A stretch of DNA of 64,000 nt from an uncultured Methanosarcinales archaeon (GTDB taxonomy: Archaea > Nanobdellota > Nanobdellia > Woesearchaeales > JAGVZT01), in assembly GCA_964354685.1 (NCBI GenBank), contig CAYHAM010000005.1, forward strand, positions 9,942 to 73,941, read 5' to 3'. The number at the start of each line of letters is the position of its first letter. The first letter of the stretch is position 1. Positions 27,991 through 36,167 of the stretch are shown piece by piece. The notes under the pieces were generated by a model. It saw only the letters and a list, made by a program, of their open reading frames with translations, made no database searches and was not told where the DNA came from. The position numbers were made by a program, and so were the translations under genes.

Positions 27991-29553
27991 TCATTTATAA
28001 TCTGCAAGGCTGATTTGGCCTTTTCTTTTTCTTGGCTTTACCTTTATCTTTGACTCAGCATAGTCTTGTCCAACTTGTTGCTTGATGTCAATTGCAATGC
28101 GCTTTCCCAATAGTTGAGTTAGGGTCATAATATTTGCGCTTTTAACATCTGCTATTGTTCTTACCTTGTTGTTGTATAGCCTTCTTGCTCTTACCCTACC
28201 TATGTTTCTGAGCTTTAATAAAGGAAGCAACTCTTCTTTTGCACCATGCTTTATCCTTAATCTTGTTTTGATTAGCTCTTTTAATAATGGTTTTAGTTGT
28301 AGGATTCTTGCAATCTCGTATGAAGAGTAGAGTAACCAGTCTGCTATCTCAAGCTTTACTCTAAGTTCGCCAGGTCTGATATCATATTTCTCTAATAGAT
28401 ATTCCTCTTCTTTTTCCTCAATCCAATCATAGAACATTAAAGCTGTTTTTATTGAGTTTAGAAAGTCTTCATACTCTGGGTCGTACAATGAAGGTTCATT
28501 TGACAAAATGATGTTGTCATATTCAACAATCTTTTCTTGGGTTTGCTCCCATTCTTTTGTTTTTACTCTGAGCAATGGCCTCATCTCAAGTGTTTGGGAT
28601 ATTATTTGTAGGAAGGAGAATTCTCTAACAAGCTTTGTTTTTGCTCTTTTTTGGCAAACAACTATTTGGTGTGCTGTTAGTGGATCAAGGTAGAGTTGTG
28701 CCACTCTTTTTCCAAGGTTTGTTGCATTTATGCATTCTTTGTCAAGTTGTTCTGCTGATACAAACTCTTTTCTAGAGGTTTTTATGAATTCCCATTCTTC
28801 TAGTTGTCCTAGTGTTTTTGTTATTATCTTCCTTAGCTTGGGCATGTCCTCAAACTGCATTGCCCAGAATGTTTTTGAGAAGAAGTCAAAGATTTGTTGC
28901 TTTGTTTTTACAAAATCCGTTGCTATTAAAGATAAGAGGTATGTTCTCAGAACTGGTTCTACTGCTAATTTCGAGTAGATTTCTTCTGGTTCTCCAAGGA
29001 TGTATTTTTCATAGATGTTGTTTTTTTCTGCACTTGAGGTTGCTATTGAAATTGCTTCGCCATATTTGTCAAAGCTTGGTCTGCCTGCTCTGCCTGCTTG
29101 TTGATGGTATTCCAAAACAGGTATCCAGTCTAAGCCATGATGTCCATATCTTTTTAGGTCTCGGATTATTGTTCTAAATGCTGGCAAATCTACGCCAGCT
29201 GCAAGTGTTGGTGTGCAGCATATTATTTTTATTGTGCCTTTTCTGAATTCATCTTCTATTAGGCTGCGCTGCTTTTGAACTAAGCCAGCATGGTGGAATG
29301 CAATTCCTTTTTTAGCAACCTCTGCAAGCCTTTCACATTGTTTTGTTGGTTTTGAGAGTGCTTTTAGGAGTTGGGTGGATAGCTGTTCATATTTTGGATC
29401 TTTTGTTTTGATCTTTTTTGCTATGTCTTCTGCACATTTTTCTGCACTGCGCTTTGTGTTGACAAATATTAATGCTTGTTTATTTTTTTTGGTTGTGTCT
29501 AATGCGAGGTCAATTACAGGGTTTGCAGTTATTTGCTCTATTTTCGTTTTCAT
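27991..29553 (-). CDS. Hel308/Ski2-like helicase, C-terminal two-thirds only (RecA2, winged helix, ratchet, HhH); RecA1 not encoded here
   Basis: Motif VI QQAGRAGRP. Helicase-C region IICCTPTLAAGVDLP. Begins at the RecA2 boundary. Confidence 0.65.
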   Translation of the reverse strand: MKTKIEQITANPVIDLALDTTKKNKQALIFVNTKRSAEKCAEDIAKKIKTKDPKYEQLSTQLLKALSKPTKQCERLAEVAKKGIAFHHAGLVQKQRSLIEDEFRKGTIKIICCTPTLAAGVDLPAFRTIIRDLKRYGHHGLDWIPVLEYHQQAGRAGRPSFDKYGEAISIATSSAEKNNIYEKYILGEPEEIYSKLAVEPVLRTYLLSLIATDFVKTKQQIFDFFSKTFWAMQFEDMPKLRKIITKTLGQLEEWEFIKTSRKEFVSAEQLDKECINATNLGKRVAQLYLDPLTAHQIVVCQKRAKTKLVREFSFLQIISQTLEMRPLLRVKTKEWEQTQEKIVEYDNIILSNEPSLYDPEYEDFLNSIKTALMFYDWIEEKEEEYLLEKYDIRPGELRVKLEIADWLLYSSYEIARILQLKPLLKELIKTRLRIKHGAKEELLPLLKLRNIGRVRARRLYNNKVRTIADVKSANIMTLTQLLGKRIAIDIKQQVGQDYAESKIKVKPRKRKGQISLADYK

Positions 29554-29555
29554 TT

Positions 29556-30107
29556 TTACAGCATACTCAACACCCTCTCAGCAAAGTGTGTGAAGAGGAA
29601 TAGGTTTATAAGCATGTTTAATGTGAAAGAAATAATACTATTTATTGGATTAAAGCCTAAAGCTAATATGTAAGTGGTATGAATAACTAAGTTAAAGACA
29701 AGTGTTAATATTATGCCTGCTATTGATACATTCAAACCCAAAAGAAGAAAAGAGAGCAAACAGATTATGAAGTAGGCAGCTATTTGAATAAACATTGGGA
29801 TGCATAGGCGTCCATTGAGAATTGAGCCAATAATTAACATGGTTGTTGCTGCAAGCATTGCAAACAATGGAGAAAAGGCAAAGCAAAATATTATTGTTAT
29901 GAATGTTATGAGCTCAAATCCCAATGATAGTTGAATGAACCTTTTCCAAAATATTGAGATTATTCCAATTGAGATTAGTAACAATGTTAGGATTATTGCT
30001 TTAAATCTTTGGAAGAGTATTAAAATAATGAGAATTGATACAAGTAGAATAACATACTTCTTGATGTAATTTTTAGCATCCTGTGATAATACGTATTTGT
30101 TTATCAT
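29556..30107 (-). CDS. Hydrophobic membrane protein (183 aa)
   Basis: About 6 TM helices. Confidence 0.35.
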   Translation of the reverse strand: MINKYVLSQDAKNYIKKYVILLVSILIILILFQRFKAIILTLLLISIGIISIFWKRFIQLSLGFELITFITIIFCFAFSPLFAMLAATTMLIIGSILNGRLCIPMFIQIAAYFIICLLSFLLLGLNVSIAGIILTLVFNLVIHTTYILALGFNPINSIISFTLNMLINLFLFTHFAERVLSML

Positions 30108-30170
30108 TTTTTAATATACAAATATTCTAGATTGGTTTATAAGTATTGTGTCAGAATGTTTTGTGAAAAA

Positions 30171-30303
30171 TGGGCCCGCGGAGACTTTCACTTTTAAAGT
30201 TTTGAACTCCGGACCACCCGATTTCTAAAGCTTTTATCAGTCGGGCACTCCAATACCCAATCTTTTACTTCTGTAAAAGTTTACCAGGCTAAGCTACGGG
30301 CCC
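30171..30303 (-). tRNA. tRNA with multiple non-canonical introns (tentatively Ile, anticodon GAT)
   Basis: Acceptor GGGCCCG/CGGGCCC. Anticodon stem CCCGA/TCGGG, loop CTGATA+A. T-stem CGGAG/CTCCG with TTCAAAA loop plus 16 extra nt. D-region insert of about 30 nt. Confidence 0.5.
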
Positions 30304-30329
30304 ATTAAAGCTAGCCACAAGGGCTAGAA

Positions 30330-30413
30330 CGCCCCGGGCCAGGTTTGAACTGGCGACCTTGCGGTTTCTAGGCAAGCTAACAGCCGCACGCTCCACCACT
30401 AAGCTACCGGGGC
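30330..30413 (-). tRNA. tRNA-Asn (anticodon GTT) with a 12-nt intron at 37/38
   Basis: GCCCCGG/CCGGGGC acceptor. TGCGG-CTGTTA(intron)A-CCGCA. T-arm GCCAG-TTCAAAC-CTGGC. Confidence 0.65.
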
Positions 30414-30431
30414 TTAGGGATATGGATTAAA

Positions 30432-30450
30432 TATCCTTTTATATAGTTTT
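30432..30450 (-). promoter_or_regulatory. TATA box for the tRNA-Asn / tRNA-Ile dicistron
   Basis: GGATTAAATATCCTTTTATATAG upstream of 30413. Confidence 0.4.
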
Positions 30451-30539
30451 CTATATATTATGTATATAAATGGTAATTTTTGTTTTATTAATAGAATTAA
30501 CGAGGTTGCTATTATCCTTTTTTTATTTTAATATAATAA

Positions 30540-30585
30540 TTAGCGAGTTGCCAGTGCTCAACCACAAAAAAGGCAACTCGTGGTG
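30540..30585 (+). repeat. Hairpin element copy E, preceded by half-copy at 30489..30508 (AACGAGGTTGCTATTA)
   Basis: TTAGCGAGTTGCCAGTGCTCAACCACAAAAAAGGCAACTCGTGGTG. Confidence 0.75.
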
Positions 30586-30696
30586 ATGGTGTTTGTAGAT
30601 ACCCTATGTATAAAGAGACTATAAAGAGACTATAAAGAAACAAAAGAATTTAACGATAGTTTTATATATAAAATAGGTATTTAGATTCTTGAAAAA

Positions 30697-31245
30697 ATGG
30701 TGAGTGAGAAGCAAAAGGAGTTTAATAAGTATATACACAGTTACTTGAAAAAGCTTCCAAAGGATAGGTATAAGCGTTCTGGAAGTGATTTTGTGCCTAA
30801 GAAAAAGCCTATGGAAGAGGCCGAGGTTCTTGAAGAAAAAGAGTTGGAAAGAGCAGATAAAGATGTTGCGAAGAGGGGTGTTTTCTCAAGGGTTTATGAT
30901 TGGGTTTTTGGTTCTAGGGCAAAGGTTGTTACAGAAGAGGATTTCGGTGATGAGGTTGAACACATAGAAGAAAAGCCTGATATCAAGGAGAAGAAGAGAA
31001 GATCCTACCTTAATTCAATAATGAAAACAGTGGTGAGAGAGAAGAGGACTCAAGTTGATTCTGAAGAACCAGAGACAGTTATAAAAAAGGTTGTTTTGGT
31101 TAGGCCAGAGATTGAAAGGGATATGAAGGTTGTTTTAAGCCTAGTGGATTCTATGATAGTGAAGATAAACACATATGACAGGGCCAAATTTCTAAAGTCT
31201 CAGGAGTATAAGGTTTATCAGGACTTAAGAAAAAGGTATAGGTAG
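30697..31245 (+). CDS. Highly charged Lys/Glu-rich hypothetical protein (182 aa)
   Basis: ORF only. Confidence 0.35.
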   Translation: MVSEKQKEFNKYIHSYLKKLPKDRYKRSGSDFVPKKKPMEEAEVLEEKELERADKDVAKRGVFSRVYDWVFGSRAKVVTEEDFGDEVEHIEEKPDIKEKKRRSYLNSIMKTVVREKRTQVDSEEPETVIKKVVLVRPEIERDMKVVLSLVDSMIVKINTYDRAKFLKSQEYKVYQDLRKRYR

Positions 31246-31280
31246 ATAGATTTAAATATTTAATAATTGCCAAAACTCCT

Positions 31281-32870
31281 ATGATTGAAAAAAAGAGGGT
31301 TTTGCTGTTGTTGTTGATATTTGTGTTTTTTGTTCCTACTGTTTTGGCAGCTTCTTATGATAAATGGGTTGTTGCTGGTGAAGATATAAGCTTTGATAAT
31401 ACAGTTTTCACAACTGCTATTAACCCAAGGTGGGATATTGCAACAATTGGTTTTGATTCTGAGCTTTTTCTTATTGGAAAGGGTGAGTGTCAGGCTAGTG
31501 CATTGTATAGGGTTTGTTTTAATGATACTAGGTTTGATGTGGTTAAGGGTTATGGGGTGTATAATGTAACAACAGATACTATGACACCTGAGCTTCATAT
31601 AATAATAAGTACTCTTACACCCACTGTTGAGATAACAAGGACTATTGATAAGACACAGCTTTTGATAAATGATGTGGCAACAATATCTGTTAAGGTTGCG
31701 AATGAGGGTGAGAAAAAGGTTTATGACCTCGAGTATATAGATGTTATTCCTAATGAATTCACAATAATAGAAAGGAAGGGTGTTGTTTCTGATGGTAATG
31801 CAATTAAGTGGATTTGGCCATCCCTATCAGGAGAGACTAGTTTTTCTTATAAGATCAAGCTTATTAAGCCTATTAATGTGAGTTGGAAAGCAAGTCTGAG
31901 TTATGTTTTTGAATCAAAAAGTGTTTTTAAAAATACAAGTAGTATAACTGTAAAGAAGATTGAAGCCACTAATCCTCTAAATGTTGAGAGATCATTATCT
32001 CCTACCAATATTAAGGTTGGTGAGGATACATTATATATAATAACTTTAAAAAACACTGATGAGAAGAATGATGTTGAAGTAGAGAGCTTTGTTGTTAGTA
32101 TTCCAAAAAAGGTTGAAATAAAAGGCTATGGTGAGCTTAAAAAAGATCAAAATGATTTAAGCTGGAGCGGAGTAATGGGTCCTGCTACCAACAAAACTTT
32201 TGAGGTTGAGTTAAAGTGTGACTACACTGGGGAATATAAAATAAATATTAGTTTAGAGAATTCTTTTTACAATGAGATAGAGAAGAAAACCCATACTAAA
32301 TTGCAGAACTATTCAAATACATTAAAATCTGATTTTACAAGGCTAGAGCCCTCTGTAAAGTTTATGTTTGACAAAAAAACACTGAATTATGATGATGAGT
32401 CCAATATAAGGGCATTTATTGAGAACAAAGATAGCAAGATTCCATTGTTTGAGGTTGAGTTTGAAGTTAAGAGTGAATTGTTTGATGATTTTGAGAACAC
32501 TTTGGAACACATTTTGCCTGGACAAAAGGTTGAAGCCTTTTATTATCCTTTTAGGACACCATCTTTGTTTGAGGATAAGGTGTACAAGGTAAAGTTTAGT
32601 GGTAGGTATAGAACAGTGTATTATGAGTATTTTAATTTTAGCTCTGAAGGTAGCATAACTGTAAAAAAGGATCCAGACGCGGTTTTTGAAGATGAGGAAC
32701 AACAAACCATTGAAGAAGAACAAGAGGTTGAGCAGACAAGCAACGAGTCTTTGCAAGAGGATATCGTTGTTGAGAAGAATGAATCAGGGGAGCCATTGAT
32801 ACAAAAGAAGGAGAATTTTTTTGTCAAGTTTTTCAAGGCATTGGCTAGTCTAATAAAAGATTTGTTCTAA
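31281..32870 (+). CDS. Secreted protein with DUF11/CARDB-like beta-sandwich repeats and acidic C-terminus
   Basis: Signal peptide. Repeated ..VANEGEKKVYD.. and ITLKNTDEKN.. modules typical of conserved-repeat-domain adhesins. Confidence 0.45.
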   Translation: MIEKKRVLLLLLIFVFFVPTVLAASYDKWVVAGEDISFDNTVFTTAINPRWDIATIGFDSELFLIGKGECQASALYRVCFNDTRFDVVKGYGVYNVTTDTMTPELHIIISTLTPTVEITRTIDKTQLLINDVATISVKVANEGEKKVYDLEYIDVIPNEFTIIERKGVVSDGNAIKWIWPSLSGETSFSYKIKLIKPINVSWKASLSYVFESKSVFKNTSSITVKKIEATNPLNVERSLSPTNIKVGEDTLYIITLKNTDEKNDVEVESFVVSIPKKVEIKGYGELKKDQNDLSWSGVMGPATNKTFEVELKCDYTGEYKINISLENSFYNEIEKKTHTKLQNYSNTLKSDFTRLEPSVKFMFDKKTLNYDDESNIRAFIENKDSKIPLFEVEFEVKSELFDDFENTLEHILPGQKVEAFYYPFRTPSLFEDKVYKVKFSGRYRTVYYEYFNFSSEGSITVKKDPDAVFEDEEQQTIEEEQEVEQTSNESLQEDIVVEKNESGEPLIQKKENFFVKFFKALASLIKDLF

Positions 32871-33901
32871 AAGAATAAACCTCCAAAAATATTTTTAAGG
32901 AAAACAGATAAAAAGGTGTATGAGAATATTGCTGTTACCAAATAGATTGGGATGTATTTTAATCCGCCTTTTATACTACCTGTGGTTATTTCAGAAACAA
33001 TCATTGATGAGCATACTGCAACAACACCAACTGCCACCCTAGAGAAAAGAACAAAGTCATCTATTTTTATTGAGAGGCTTTCAAAACTTAATGGCAAGTC
33101 CACTGCAGATGTTGTTAGAACGCCCATCTTGCCAGAGAGTGACTGGAGTATAAGAAGGAGCTGGTGGGAGAGTGCAAATAGTGCTGGGGCTATGATTATG
33201 ACTATAAAGGAGATGAATATCACATAGGTCATGTTTGTTGCAACAATATCCTGTTTTAGTAGTTTTGTTTCTATTATGTTGTCCACAACTTTGTCTATTA
33301 GTGTGGCCATTTCACCTCCACCTTTTGCGCCTTCGATTATTAGATCAAATGCTCTTCTTGTCATGGGTGAATCATATTTTAGGGTGAATTCTCTCAAAGC
33401 CTCTTCAACATCTTCACCTGTTGCAACCTTTTTTGAGGTAATCTGTATCTCTTTTGACAAAACCCCAAACTCTGGTTTTATTGCCTCCCATAGGGCTTTG
33501 TCAAGGCTCATTCCTCCTTTTAGGTTTTCAGATACAAAGCTTAGAAAGCTATCAAGCACATCTTCGATTTTTTTGGTTCTATTATATATAACAACATCAA
33601 GGTATGAGTAGATGGCGAGTATAAAAAAAGCACTTATTCCTATCTGTATCATGAACCAAACAGCAAAGGTTATTAACAAGAAGAAAAGCATATTGATTTC
33701 TTTTGCTTGAAGTAGGGGATAGACTAGGTAGAAATAAATAAGGTATGTAACTATAAGACTAACATAAAAGAGCAATCCAAAAAATTTGTAAGGAACTTCA
33801 GTTATGCCTGCTTTTAGTAGATACTTTCTTAGGTGGGGTCTGATTCTCTCTGGAACAAATGCCCTTCCAAACTCCTCTAAGAATAATATTTTGAGTTTCA
33901 T
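32867..33901 (-). CDS. T2SSF-domain membrane protein, TadC/FlaJ-like (second half of a split pair)
   Basis: GspF-like soluble domain (LDKALWEAI..ATLIDKV) flanked by TM helices. Confidence 0.55.
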   Translation of the reverse strand: MKLKILFLEEFGRAFVPERIRPHLRKYLLKAGITEVPYKFFGLLFYVSLIVTYLIYFYLVYPLLQAKEINMLFFLLITFAVWFMIQIGISAFFILAIYSYLDVVIYNRTKKIEDVLDSFLSFVSENLKGGMSLDKALWEAIKPEFGVLSKEIQITSKKVATGEDVEEALREFTLKYDSPMTRRAFDLIIEGAKGGGEMATLIDKVVDNIIETKLLKQDIVATNMTYVIFISFIVIIIAPALFALSHQLLLILQSLSGKMGVLTTSAVDLPLSFESLSIKIDDFVLFSRVAVGVVAVCSSMIVSEITTGSIKGGLKYIPIYLVTAIFSYTFLSVFLKNIFGGLFF

Positions 33902-34716
33902 ATGTCCACCATTGGCCTTGAAGACCTTATTATTGATATAAAGAATAGTTGTATAAGTGTTATAAAAAATAAGAAAATGAACAAGGTTGAGAGATCAAGT
34001 TGGAACTTCATTAGGCCTGCAATAATTATGAACATTGCTATTCCTAGTGAGGGCATTACACAAGCAATTATAAGGTAGAATAGTATGATGGAGTTGAGTT
34101 TTCTTGAGTAGGATTTTATTTCTATTTGCTGTTCTCTTGTTATTTCATCAAGAAGCTTTTTTAGAGATGTTGAGATATCTACTCCTGTCTTTAATGAATT
34201 TAGGATCTGTCTTAGTACCAACTTAAATGAACGTGAGGTGTTGTATTCAATGGCATCTTCTAGGGCTTGTTCTATTGGTTTTCCAAGGTTTATGTCGTCA
34301 ACTATCTCCTTGAAGAATTTACCACCAACGCCGTAGCCTTTTGATGCATCTGTGAGTGCATTTAGCAGGGGTATACCAGAGTCAATCTTTATTAGCAAAT
34401 AGCGTGTTGCAAATAGTACATCTTTGTTGATTTCTCTTTCTCTTCTTCTTATGTAAACCTTTGGGGTGTTCATAAAGAAGGTGTAGAGTAAGATAAATAA
34501 GACAGGAAATGACAATATTATGTAGCCTAGTGGGATTCCCCTTTTTGAGAATAGTAGAAAAAGCAAAAAAGCGAGACCAATTGAGGAGTATAATGAGACG
34601 ATAATGTTTCTTTTTATGAATTTTTTTGGTTTTATATCTAGGTGAGCTGCCTTGAGCATTAGCTTGAGCTTTCTGCTAGGCTTGAATAGCGCATCAAAAG
34701 GTTCTAGGTCTCTCAT
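33898..34716 (-). CDS. T2SSF-domain membrane protein, TadB/FlaJ-like (first half of a split pair)
   Basis: GspF-like domain (IPLLNALTDA..LKKLLDEITREQQ) plus TM helices. 4-nt overlap with the downstream gene. Confidence 0.55.
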   Translation of the reverse strand: MRDLEPFDALFKPSRKLKLMLKAAHLDIKPKKFIKRNIIVSLYSSIGLAFLLFLLFSKRGIPLGYIILSFPVLFILLYTFFMNTPKVYIRRREREINKDVLFATRYLLIKIDSGIPLLNALTDASKGYGVGGKFFKEIVDDINLGKPIEQALEDAIEYNTSRSFKLVLRQILNSLKTGVDISTSLKKLLDEITREQQIEIKSYSRKLNSIILFYLIIACVMPSLGIAMFIIIAGLMKFQLDLSTLFIFLFFITLIQLFFISIIRSSRPMVDI

Positions 34717-34717
34717 C

Positions 34718-36166
34718 TTAGATCTTTATCATAAGCCTTCCTGAGTAGTATTTTGCAAAGAACAAACCAAGCTTGTGGATATCAGTAACGTTGTTTTTTA
34801 CAAGTTGTTGGAGTATTGATTTCTTTTCTTCAAGGTCGTTTATTATCTCTTGTGAGGTTAGTCCAGTGTAAAGTGTTAGTGTATCTAACAGTCGTGTCCA
34901 TTCCCTTATTTTGTTGAATTGGTCTGTTTTGTGGTCATATTGATAAACCACTCTTGGGTCACCTGTTTCAGTTATTTCTGCGAACTGGAATGTTCTTCTT
35001 ATACCTGTTCTGCGATTTCTTGTTTGTACTAGTATTAGTGCAACTGCTGGCAGCATCATCTTTGGAATATTTATAGGAGGATTTGTTAGTCTAATCATTG
35101 TTTCTCGAGCATCATTGGCGTGTATTGTTGTGTATACACTATGGCCTGTGTGCATTGCCTCAAAGAGCACTTCTGCCTCGCGTTGTCTTCTTATTTCTCC
35201 AACAACAATTCTGTCAGGTCTCATTCTAAGGGAGTTAACAACAAGGTCAAGCATTGTAACTTCTCCTTTGCCTTCTGGGTTTGGTATCCTGGTTTCCATA
35301 GGTACCCAATGGAGGTTTTCTGGTAGTATTATCTCACGTGTATCTTCTATGCTTATTATTCTCTGGTTTGGTGGGAAGAAGTTACAAACCACGTTCAGGG
35401 TTGAGGTCTTGCCAGTGCCTGTTCCTCCTGCTATTATCATGGAGAGCTCGTTTTGAACTGCCATCCATGTTAAAGCAGCTGCTTCATAGGTTATTGTTTT
35501 GTTGTTGATGAAGTCTGTTATTGTCCATGGCTTTTCAGCAAACTTCCTTATTGTGATTGTGTTTCCCTTTGTTGAGATGGGATATAGAGTTGCATTCACT
35601 CTGTCTCCAGTAGCAAGATTTGCATCAAGTAATGGTTTTAGCAGTGTTATTTCTTTCTGGATGTCTCTACCAATCATGGTTGAGTAGTGTCTTATCCTTG
35701 CTTCTGATGGAATTCTAATATTTGTTTTTAGCCAGCCGTGTTTCTTGTGATAGACCCACAAAGGCTCTTTTGAATTGTTTACAACAATCTCTTCTAGTTG
35801 CCTGTCTTTTAGTAGTATCTCTATGTTACCCATTCCAATGTTCTCTCTCATCACATATGCGACCAATAAGTCTGAGTTTCTCTTGTCAATGTTTGGGAAG
35901 TATTTTTTTATCAGCAATTGTATCTCTTTTTGGAATCTTTGCTGAATGGCTTCTCTGCCACCAGATTCTGAAACTTGAATAGTTCCTGCTGCAACATTTG
36001 TTACAAACTCCTCTTTTAGCTTTTCTAAAATTATGTTGGTGATGGGGCTTATGTTTAAGATGGATATTGAGTATAAGGGTACAAAATCTTTTTCTTTGAG
36101 TGTTATCTCTACATTAACCATCATTTGTCCAACTTCTATTTTGTACGAATCTAGCTTTGTATCCAT
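34718..36166 (-). CDS. Type II/IV secretion ATPase, archaeal FlaI/TadA (GspE/VirB11) family
   Basis: Walker A IIAGGTGTGKTS. His-box region HTGHSVYTTIHA. Asp box. Confidence 0.8.
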   Translation of the reverse strand: MDTKLDSYKIEVGQMMVNVEITLKEKDFVPLYSISILNISPITNIILEKLKEEFVTNVAAGTIQVSESGGREAIQQRFQKEIQLLIKKYFPNIDKRNSDLLVAYVMRENIGMGNIEILLKDRQLEEIVVNNSKEPLWVYHKKHGWLKTNIRIPSEARIRHYSTMIGRDIQKEITLLKPLLDANLATGDRVNATLYPISTKGNTITIRKFAEKPWTITDFINNKTITYEAAALTWMAVQNELSMIIAGGTGTGKTSTLNVVCNFFPPNQRIISIEDTREIILPENLHWVPMETRIPNPEGKGEVTMLDLVVNSLRMRPDRIVVGEIRRQREAEVLFEAMHTGHSVYTTIHANDARETMIRLTNPPINIPKMMLPAVALILVQTRNRRTGIRRTFQFAEITETGDPRVVYQYDHKTDQFNKIREWTRLLDTLTLYTGLTSQEIINDLEEKKSILQQLVKNNVTDIHKLGLFFAKYYSGRLMIKI

Positions 36167-36167
36167 T

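Noticed and set aside
28508-29593. Plus-strand ORFs antisense to the Hel308-like gene
   Set aside because: No motifs. They overlap a well-supported helicase frame.
30606-30633. Tandem 11-bp repeat TATAAAGAGAC x2.5
   Set aside because: Too short and isolated to be a CRISPR or minisatellite. It lies within the conserved tail region of hairpin element copy E and probably reflects a local slip.
35115-35982. Plus-strand ORFs antisense to the FlaI/TadA ATPase
   Set aside because: Spurious. The ATPase frame carries Walker motifs.
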